Below are positions 57,314-64,000 of a stretch of 64,000 nt of DNA, in pieces. This stretch comes from Acidobacteriota bacterium. Its GTDB lineage: Bacteria > Acidobacteriota > Thermoanaerobaculia > UBA5066 > Gp7-AA6. How positions within the stretch are numbered: position 1 is the first letter of the stretch; each line of letters starts with the position of its first letter. The notes below the pieces were generated by a model. That model was not told where the DNA came from. It saw only the letters and a list, made by a program, of their open reading frames with translations, and did not search any database. A program made the translations under genes and the position numbers. The stretch lies in assembly GCA_039931865.1 (NCBI GenBank), contig JBDTRB010000001.1:200-64199 (forward strand). The letters are read 5' to 3'.

Positions 57314-59329
57314 TCAGCCTGGGGCGCGGGCGCTCTCCCGCCTCAGCCGCTCGAAGCGGCCCCGGTACGCGGGGCTCTCGCGCGCGATCTCTTCCAGTGA
57401 CCGCAGGTCGCTGGCGTCGCCTGACGCACGCCAGGCTTTTTCGACAGCGAGCGCCTGCGCGAACGTCCGGTGAGATGAGGCGGCGAGGCGCGCCAGAACG
57501 CGCAGAGCCGACACCGCGTTCGGGTCGAGACGGAGCGCCGTGCGCGCTTCCTGCTGCGCTTCCAGAGCGCGGCCCGTCGCGATCAGCCACTCCGCGCGGT
57601 CCGCGTGCACGGCGGCGGAGCGCGGGCCGAGCTCGAGGGCGCGCTTCCAGGCCGCGGCGGCTTCCGGCGCGGACTGTCCCGAAAGGACCATCGCGAGGCG
57701 ATATGAGAGCGGCAGCGAACCCGGGTTTGTCGCGAGCCCTCGCCGGTAGTTCGCCGCCGCCTCGGCCAGCCGGCCCTGCGCTTCGAGAACGACGCCCAGG
57801 CCGAAAAACCCGTTCTCGTAGGACTGGTTGACCGCGAGCGCATGGCGATAAGAGGCCTCGGCTTCTGACAGCAGGCCGAGCTCCTTTTCGGAGCGGCCCT
57901 TGCCCGCCCAGGCATCCCAGTAGCCGTCGTAGAGAGAGACGGCGCGCGAATACTCCGCGAGTGCTTCGCGGGGCCGGCCTGTCTCGACGGACACATAACC
58001 CTGGTTGTAGTGGGTCTTCGCGCTCTCGGGCGATGTGCGTACGGAGTTTGCGAAGATCGCGGAATCGCTCCACCAGACCGGATTGCGGAGGACCGTTCTC
58101 GCGGCGAAAGCGATCGCGATCACGGCCGCCGCCGCGCGCGCCCGGGGACCGAGATCGCGCAGGCTGTTTGTGCTTGTGTTCGCTCGCCCCGAGCAGACGG
58201 ACGCCAGCACAAGGCACAGCCCGGCCGACGGAAGGTACGCCGTGCGCTCGCCGAAGATCGTGCCGATCGGGTAGAGGACGTTCGCCGTCGGGAGAAATGC
58301 CGCTCCGAAAAAAAGCACGCCGAGCGCCGTCGACGAGCCGGTCGAAAACCGGCGCAGCGCAAGAGCCGCGGCGGCGGCGATTAAAGCCGCAGCCGCAATT
58401 CCGGCAATCGAGCCGCCGGAGACCATCCGGATCGACCAGGCCGACTCGTCGGCGGAGAGATGGAGCGGGAAGAGCGTGCGGCCGGCGTATCTCAGCAGCA
58501 GCAGGGACGCGTTCAACACGCGTCGCCCGACGCCGAGAGCCGCGAGCGGATTCTCGACTTCGAAGATCCCGGTGTCGCGCGCGCGAAGCACGCCGCCGAG
58601 CACCCACGACCGGAGCGCAAGGGTCCCGGCGAGCACGGCGGCGGCGCCAATGAAGGCCGGCAGACCTTTCCAGAGGACGGCGCGGAAACGCGTCCAGAGG
58701 CCGCCGCCCGCCCGCCAGGCGAGAAGCAGGAAAAGCAGCGCGGGGGCGACGGCCGCGCTTTCCTTCGTCAGCACGGCCAGGCCGTAGAAGAACAGAGCGA
58801 CGCAGAGCCGGCCCCGGCGCCTCGGCGGTCCCGAACCGCCGAGGGCAACGTGGAGAAAAGCGAGCGCCAGGACCGCCGCGAGCGTTTCGCCGCGGCCGAC
58901 CAGGCTCGTGACCGCCTCGACGTGCACGGGCGCGACCGCAAAGAAAAGCGAGGCGAGCGCCGCGGTCGCGCCGGGGACCCCGACCCGAAGCAGCACGGCC
59001 CCGAAGAGCAGCGTCGCGCCCGCGTGCAGAAGGACGTTCACGACGTGGAAGGCCTCCGGGACCCGGCCGTGGAGCCACCACTGCACAGCGTACGAAAGGA
59101 GCAGAACCGGCCGGTACGCCGTTCCCGAGCCGCGAGGGCCGCCGAAGTATGGCGTCGAGAAGAGCTCGGAAACACGGTCCGGCGACCGGATACGCGGGTT
59201 GTCCCGGATGATCGCCTTGTCGTCGTAGGTGAAGGTCCCCGTCATCCCGTTCGTGTGGGCCACCAGGCAGAGGACGACGAGCAGAAAGGCCCAGGCCCTC
59301 CGGTCTCGGGGGGAGGGGACTTCGGTCAT
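57314..59329 (-). CDS. TMTC-like membrane glycosyltransferase (GT-C fold, PMT_2/DUF1736 region) with C-terminal TPR repeats
   Basis: 671 aa. Multi-TM N-terminal half with the DDKAII(R)DN motif near the N-terminus, typical of TMTC-like/ArnT-like GT-C enzymes; the C-terminal ~200 aa are TPR repeats (...AEASYRHALAVNQSYENGFFGLGVVLEAQGRLAEAAANYRRGLATNP...). Confidence 0.75.
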   Translation of the reverse strand: MTEVPSPRDRRAWAFLLVVLCLVAHTNGMTGTFTYDDKAIIRDNPRIRSPDRVSELFSTPYFGGPRGSGTAYRPVLLLSYAVQWWLHGRVPEAFHVVNVLLHAGATLLFGAVLLRVGVPGATAALASLFFAVAPVHVEAVTSLVGRGETLAAVLALAFLHVALGGSGPPRRRGRLCVALFFYGLAVLTKESAAVAPALLFLLLAWRAGGGLWTRFRAVLWKGLPAFIGAAAVLAGTLALRSWVLGGVLRARDTGIFEVENPLAALGVGRRVLNASLLLLRYAGRTLFPLHLSADESAWSIRMVSGGSIAGIAAAALIAAAAALALRRFSTGSSTALGVLFFGAAFLPTANVLYPIGTIFGERTAYLPSAGLCLVLASVCSGRANTSTNSLRDLGPRARAAAAVIAIAFAARTVLRNPVWWSDSAIFANSVRTSPESAKTHYNQGYVSVETGRPREALAEYSRAVSLYDGYWDAWAGKGRSEKELGLLSEAEASYRHALAVNQSYENGFFGLGVVLEAQGRLAEAAANYRRGLATNPGSLPLSYRLAMVLSGQSAPEAAAAWKRALELGPRSAAVHADRAEWLIATGRALEAQQEARTALRLDPNAVSALRVLARLAASSHRTFAQALAVEKAWRASGDASDLRSLEEIARESPAYRGRFERLRRESARAPG

Positions 59330-59350
59330 TGCGGGGAGAGTGTAGACGCA

Positions 59351-59380
59351 CGACGGCGACGGCGACGGCGACGGCGACGG
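59351..59380. repeat. Hexanucleotide simple-sequence repeat (CGACGG)5
   Basis: cgacggcgacggcgacggcgacggcgacgg, 22 bp upstream of the TMTC-like gene start (59329, minus strand). Confidence 0.9.
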
Positions 59381-59472
59381 AGCGTCGCGCCCGCTTCTCG
59401 AGGCCGCGACTTCTGGGGTCGGACCGAGATGCCCACACCCCGTCTCCCGTTTCGCGGCCCCGGAACCTCGGA

Positions 59473-62400
59473 CTAGGACGGTCGAACGAAGCCGGATTCG
59501 CCGGGCCGGGTCGTGACCTTCAGCTCGCGGATCAGATACAGAAGCGCCTGCCGCGATAACTTCAGCTCGCGCGCCGCCCGGCTGCGATTCCCTCCCGAAC
59601 GCTCCAGCGCTTCCATGATCAGGTCGCGCCGGTGCGCATCGACGCGGGTGCGGTACCCGTGGCGCTGATCGGCGGGCCGGACCGATCTGCGCACCGCTTC
59701 GGGCAGAAGCGCCGCCGCGATCCGGGTCCCGTCCGCGAGAGCGGCGGCCTGGCCGATCGCGCTCTGGAGCTCGCGGACGTTGCCCGGCCAGGAATGCGCC
59801 AGGAGCGCCGCCGCGGCGTCCGGCGCGAGGCCGAGAGCGCCGCGGCCGTACTCCTTCGACGCCTGCGCCAGAAAGTGGCGTGCGAGAAGCAGGACGTCCC
59901 GCCCGCGCTCCCGCAGGGACGGCAGCCGGACAACCGCGACGTGCAGCCGGTAGAAAAGATCCTCCCGGAATCGCGCCGCGTCGACCTCCCGGGCGAGGTC
60001 GCGCGACGTGGCGGAGACAACGCGCACGTCGATCCGGCGCGCGCGGTTCTCTCCGACCCGGCGGATCTCCCGGTCCTGCAGCGCCCGAAGGAGCTTCGCC
60101 TGCGAGTCGAGCGCGAGGTCGCCGATCTCATCGAAGAAGATAGTCCCGCGCGCCGCCTCTTCGAGAAGCCCGGGGCGATCCCGCTCGGCGCCCGTGAAGG
60201 CGCCGCGTGCGTGGCCGAAGAGCTCGCTTTCGAGCAGCGCCTGCGGGATCGCAGAAACGTTGACCGCGACGAAGGGTCCGGATGCGCGCGGCGAAAGCGC
60301 ATGGACCGCGCGCGCGACCGCCTCCTTTCCGGATCCCGACTCGCCGAGGATGAGCACCGTCATCGTGCGAGGCGCGAAGCGGAGAAGCCGCTGGTACGGC
60401 TCTTCCATGGCCGGGTCTCCCGCGACCACGCCGAAGCGGCGCCACCCTTCCGCGAACCCGCTCGGAGCCGAGGCGGCCGCCGGCCGAAAGAGGAGCGTCT
60501 CGACGACGAGCGCTGCGGCGCGGAGCACCTCTGGCGAAGGCGGCGGAGTAACGCGGAGCGCGTATTCGTCGCAACCGGCGCGGAGAGGCTCGGAAACTCC
60601 CTCCGAGACGCCGATTGGAACGCCGAGCGACAGGACTTCTTCTCCCCGGTCGTTTGTCACGCACAAGCCGGTCAGGCCGAGGGGAAGCTTTCCTTCCGGG
60701 GACTCGCCCGTCAGTCCGAGGGCCACCATTTCCCGAAGCGAGCGGACGCCGTGCCCGTCGGTGCGGTCTTCGCCAGGGAACCCGCAATCGGCGAGGGCCG
60801 CCCCACCGCGAGAACGGAGAAGGGCTGCGGCGGCCTGAGCGAGCGGCTTCGGGACGACGCCCGGCCGCAGCCGGTTCCAGCGGGCCACGGATTCCGCGGC
60901 CTCGTACTCGCCGCGTTCGATGGCCGCCGCCGCGGCGGCATGGAGCTCCGCCGCCGCACTCTCGCCGAGGCCGATCGCGTCGAGCTCCGCGAGCCGCCGG
61001 GCGGCGCGAAGGTGCGTGTCGCAGCGATCCGGCGGGTCCGCGGCGCCGCGCTCCCACGCCCGGCGCGCGGCGCCCTCGTCGCCGAGAAGGGCGCACCGGT
61101 CCCCCTCTTCGAGCCAGAGCTCGCCGATTTCCAGCCGGTCCTCGAGCTGCGCCGAGAGCTCGCGCGCCGCGGCGTTGTCACGCGCGGCGTCGTCGAGCCT
61201 GCCGATGCGGAGAGCGAGGCGCGATCGGTGATGCAGGCCGACGAGGATCCACGTCCGCTCCCCTTCCCTGCGCGCACTCTCGAGGAGCGCCTCGCCGGAT
61301 GACGACGCGGACGCCCAGTCGCACGCCGCGATCGAAGCCTCGACGAGGTTGCTTCGCGCGATGCGCGCGAGGTCTTCGCGGCCCGCCCCGACGGCCACCG
61401 ACGCGGCGTGCTCGAGCAGCGGCGCGCACCGTTCGCGCCGGCCAGCATGGTAAAGGGTACCCGCCAGGTCGATCGACAGCTTCGCGCGTTCGACCGGATC
61501 GTCGCGCACGATCGCGAGCGCCTCCTCCAGCCGCCGGATCGCGGGGTCGAACTCTCGCCGGTCCGCCAGTCCGAGGGCCTCCGCCGCGATGAGGCGCGCC
61601 GCGAGCCGTTCGTCGCCGGAATCACGGGCGAGAGGTCCCGCCTCCGCATACATCGCCGCCTCCTCCTCGAAGCGTCCCGCCCGCGACAGCACGGCCGCGC
61701 GGCACAGCACGATCTCGAGACGCTCCGAAGCCTGGCGTGAGTCCGAGACTCGCCATGCGTCGTCGAGCCGCCCCAGAGCGCGCGCGGGCTCCCCTTCCCG
61801 GGAGTCCTCTGCCGCCTCGACCAGGAGCGCGCGCACCATCTCGCGCGCAGGCGCTTCCGCATGCGCTTCCCGCCACGCGCGGACGGCGTGTGCCGCTTCG
61901 CGGCCGCGGCCCCGCTGCGCGGCGACTTCCGCCAGCCGGAGGGAAGCGGCGCGGCGCTCCGCTTCTTCCGCGCACGGCGATCCGGCGACCGCGCGAAACC
62001 TCGACTCCGCCGCCTCCGCCCGCCCACCGGAAAGCTCCCTCTCGCCCTCGAGCATTTCGAGCCACCGGGGAAGCGGGCGTGCGGCGAGCGAAAGGGCGGC
62101 GGCGAGAAGGGCGCTCATCTCGAAGGATCGCGGCACCGGGAGATCCGTCGAGGCGACCCGTCGGCCTTCGGCGACCGCGTCATCGAGCGCCCCCGCGCGC
62201 AGGAGCCTCTCGACGCGCACGGGCCCTGAGGCCGCCGCCGCCCACGCGCGCAGCCACTGGGATCGGGCAGCGGAATCGACCGTGAGCGAGCCCGCCGGCG
62301 CCAGCCGTCCCGAAGCGTCGACGAGGAATGAGCCGGCGCGCACGAGGGCGGCCGCTGTTCTGACGGCGGAGCGTCCCGGAAAGAGAGCCGATATCTCCTC

Positions 62401-63618
62401 GCGGGTAGCGGGCTCTCCGAGAGCTTCCAGCGCCTCGAGGAGTTTCCGTCGGGCGGGAGAACCGAAGGCTTTGGCGGGAGCGGCCGCGGGCGGTTCCGCG
62501 AAGACGGGCAACGGAGCGTGACCGGTCGGGTCGGCGACGCAGGAGCCCCATGTCTCGTGAGCGACCATCTCGCGCGCCGCCGACACGGCCGCGGCGCTTC
62601 CGGAACGGCCCGCGATTTCCGCGACCCTCTCGAAGAACCGGAGCGAGGCGCGTACCGCGCCGCAGGGGACCGCGAGCTCCTGCCGCCAGTCTTCCGGGAG
62701 CGTCGGGCACTTTACCGCCGCCGGCACGGAGACGACCTCGGGTGCCCCGGGAAGGCAGAGCGAGCCCGCCGCGATGGCGGCCCGGGAGGTCGGATCCCAG
62801 CTCTCGAGATCTACGCAGATCCAGACCGCGGGACCGGGATTGCCGGCCGCCTCCTCCTGCTCCCGGAGCGCGCGAATTCCTGCGGCGAGGTCTTCTGGTG
62901 CCTCCCCGGGCCGCTCGAAGATTCGCGCCGCCTTTCCGTGGAGAAGCGCGCGGCCGGCCTCGATGCGCGCGCGGACTTCCGCGGTCCGCAGAAGGCTCCC
63001 CGTCCGGCCGATCGTCGAGAGGCGGACAGCCGCTCCGGTCGCGGAAGACAGCGCGGGAAAAAAGCGGTAGGCACAACCGACCCAGAACTCGGCCCGTCGA
63101 AAGGAGGCGTCCGGCGACGAGAGCGACTCGAGGAGCAGCAGGGCGCCGGCGTCGCGGATCCGTCCGCGCCGGGCGAACACCCGCTCGACGAGCGCGGCGA
63201 GCGCAAGCGAGGCCGCTCCGGCGCAGGATCCGTCACGCACGGCGGCAGGAGTCCTCGCGACGCGCAGGGCGGCGGTTCCGGCGGCAATTTCCCAGACGGC
63301 GTCGTCGAGGTCGTCTCGCGACGCCGTGAAACCCGCTGCCTCCAGGGCGGAGAAAAACGAGGCAGCCTGCAGAATGAGGGCTGCGGCGTGGGGGACAGGA
63401 ATGCGGCCGTCCGCGACGCGCCGCCGGGGCAGAGGCGGACGCCACACCAGAAAATCAAGGCCGTCACGGCCGTAAGCGAGGGGCAGCGGGAGCGCGGGGT
63501 GCTCGAAGCAGAGAAATGCCTCCCAGCGTTCGAGGACCGTCGGGAGCGGAAATCGCTCGACGAAGGTCCCCGCGTCGAGCGGCCCGTGAAACGACCCGTT
63601 CGCGAAGGACGTGTGCAT
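59473..63618 (-). CDS. Giant sigma-54-dependent transcriptional activator: about 1000-aa N-terminal TPR-rich sensory region, AAA+ sigma-54 interaction domain, Fis-type HTH
   Basis: 1381-aa uninterrupted ORF (chance expectation at this GC is about 50 codons). C-terminal ...[19 protein letters not shown]... (Walker A), ...[15 protein letters not shown]... (GAFTGA sigma-54 contact motif), ...[12 protein letters not shown]... (Walker B), ...[12 protein letters not shown]..., and a terminal HTH ...[35 protein letters not shown] before the ATG at 63618. Confidence 0.8.
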   Translation of the reverse strand: MHTSFANGSFHGPLDAGTFVERFPLPTVLERWEAFLCFEHPALPLPLAYGRDGLDFLVWRPPLPRRRVADGRIPVPHAAALILQAASFFSALEAAGFTASRDDLDDAVWEIAAGTAALRVARTPAAVRDGSCAGAASLALAALVERVFARRGRIRDAGALLLLESLSSPDASFRRAEFWVGCAYRFFPALSSATGAAVRLSTIGRTGSLLRTAEVRARIEAGRALLHGKAARIFERPGEAPEDLAAGIRALREQEEAAGNPGPAVWICVDLESWDPTSRAAIAAGSLCLPGAPEVVSVPAAVKCPTLPEDWRQELAVPCGAVRASLRFFERVAEIAGRSGSAAAVSAAREMVAHETWGSCVADPTGHAPLPVFAEPPAAAPAKAFGSPARRKLLEALEALGEPATREEISALFPGRSAVRTAAALVRAGSFLVDASGRLAPAGSLTVDSAARSQWLRAWAAAASGPVRVERLLRAGALDDAVAEGRRVASTDLPVPRSFEMSALLAAALSLAARPLPRWLEMLEGERELSGGRAEAAESRFRAVAGSPCAEEAERRAASLRLAEVAAQRGRGREAAHAVRAWREAHAEAPAREMVRALLVEAAEDSREGEPARALGRLDDAWRVSDSRQASERLEIVLCRAAVLSRAGRFEEEAAMYAEAGPLARDSGDERLAARLIAAEALGLADRREFDPAIRRLEEALAIVRDDPVERAKLSIDLAGTLYHAGRRERCAPLLEHAASVAVGAGREDLARIARSNLVEASIAACDWASASSSGEALLESARREGERTWILVGLHHRSRLALRIGRLDDAARDNAAARELSAQLEDRLEIGELWLEEGDRCALLGDEGAARRAWERGAADPPDRCDTHLRAARRLAELDAIGLGESAAAELHAAAAAAIERGEYEAAESVARWNRLRPGVVPKPLAQAAAALLRSRGGAALADCGFPGEDRTDGHGVRSLREMVALGLTGESPEGKLPLGLTGLCVTNDRGEEVLSLGVPIGVSEGVSEPLRAGCDEYALRVTPPPSPEVLRAAALVVETLLFRPAAASAPSGFAEGWRRFGVVAGDPAMEEPYQRLLRFAPRTMTVLILGESGSGKEAVARAVHALSPRASGPFVAVNVSAIPQALLESELFGHARGAFTGAERDRPGLLEEAARGTIFFDEIGDLALDSQAKLLRALQDREIRRVGENRARRIDVRVVSATSRDLAREVDAARFREDLFYRLHVAVVRLPSLRERGRDVLLLARHFLAQASKEYGRGALGLAPDAAAALLAHSWPGNVRELQSAIGQAAALADGTRIAAALLPEAVRRSVRPADQRHGYRTRVDAHRRDLIMEALERSGGNRSRAARELKLSRQALLYLIRELKVTTRPGESGFVRPS

Positions 63619-63696
63619 GTCTTCTCCCGGTACGCGACACCCCAGATTGTCGCGAAGCGGAACGCGGGACGGCGAGATCCGGGAATCCTTCGCGTT

Positions 63697-64000
63697 TCAG
63701 CGGCGGCAGAGCGCTTCGAGGTCGCGGAAGAATCCGGGGTAAGACTTCGAGACGCAGTCGGGATTCTCGATCAATGCGCGGGGGCGGGCGAGGGAAAGGA
63801 GAGCTGCCGCCATCGCGATCCGGTGATCGTCCGCGGTGGGCAGGACGACGAAATCGCCGGCCTCGGAGGCTCCGCCGCCCTCGATCGAGAGCCCATCCTC
63901 GTCCGCGACGGCCCCCGCTCCGGCACGGCCGAGAAGCGTGGACAGCGCCGCGAGGCGATCGCTTTCCTTCCAGCGGAGGTGAGCGATCCCATGGAATCTC
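63697..64000 (-). CDS. aroA: 3-phosphoshikimate 1-carboxyvinyltransferase (EPSP synthase), C-terminal fragment; N-terminus beyond window end
   Basis: Minus-strand translation ...EAGDFVVLPTADDHRIAMAAALLSLARPRALIENPDCVSKSYPGFFRDLEALCRR then TGA (stop = revcomp of tca 63697-63699). The DHR(I/M)AMA and PDCVSK(S/T)(Y/F)P motifs are diagnostic of AroA. Confidence 0.8.
   Translation of the reverse strand, partial: RFHGIAHLRWKESDRLAALSTLLGRAGAGAVADEDGLSIEGGGASEAGDFVVLPTADDHRIAMAAALLSLARPRALIENPDCVSKSYPGFFRDLEALCRR

Noticed and set aside
59632-62027. Multiple long ORFs on the plus strand (556 aa, 276 aa, 325 aa) and the antisense ORFs at 60711-62027
   Set aside because: All lie inside the sigma-54 activator gene and are Arg/Ala/Pro-rich GC-shadow frames.

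Overview
This 64-kb window is high-GC (about 70%) chromosomal DNA from a diderm bacterium. Evidence for that: Kdo genes (kdsA/B/C/D), LolA-like and outer-membrane beta-barrel proteins, TatAC. No phylum call is possible from sequence alone; Acidobacteriota, Gemmatimonadota or Myxococcota-like are all plausible guesses. Most of the window is dense housekeeping. In order it contains: etfBA; a complete fatty-acid synthesis cluster (yceD-rpmF-plsX-fabH-fabD-[bla-like]-fabG-acpP-fabF, minus strand); a 4-gene exopolysaccharide locus (3 GT4 glycosyltransferases plus a WbaP-type sugar transferase); a translationally coupled pgpA-murB-manC-like-moxR-DUF58-transglutaminase operon; recA; a large beta-barrel outer-membrane protein; purH; lolA-like, yajQ and a polyprenyl synthase; kdsB-pyrG-kdsA; DUF885; a YpdA-like flavoprotein; a DedA-rhodanese fusion; an ECF sigma/anti-sigma/HEAT/DUF4097/HEAT operon; kdsD-kdsC; tatCA; an S41 protease; a secreted 4x Ig-like repeat protein; nrdR, hsp20, lon, thiL; a TMTC-like TPR glycosyltransferase; a 1381-aa sigma-54 activator; and the 3' end of aroA. 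The six-frame track is full of Arg-rich antisense 'shadow' ORFs, as expected at this GC; I called true starts by homology and by overlapping stop/start junctions. Observations that stand out: (1) a new-looking interspersed repeat family (a 58-bp GC hairpin core flanked by GGGAATC heptamer arrays in inverted orientation; 5 copies), one pair of which brackets a tusA-like gene; (2) an in-frame TGA exactly at the catalytic-Cys position of the rhodanese domain, followed by 52 in-frame codons of intact rhodanese, which makes it a candidate selenoprotein (or a fresh nonsense or sequencing error); (3) two copies of a G-quadruplex/hairpin-forming element (GGGGTTAGGGGTCAGGGG-type) that exactly flank the EPS locus; (4) a HEAT-repeat gene whose stop codon appears to have been replaced by a repeat copy. 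Hand-derived coordinates (starts, repeats, hairpins) may be off by 1-3 nt; I found one local +1 discrepancy near 29.6-30.2 kb between the printed sequence and the ORF track.
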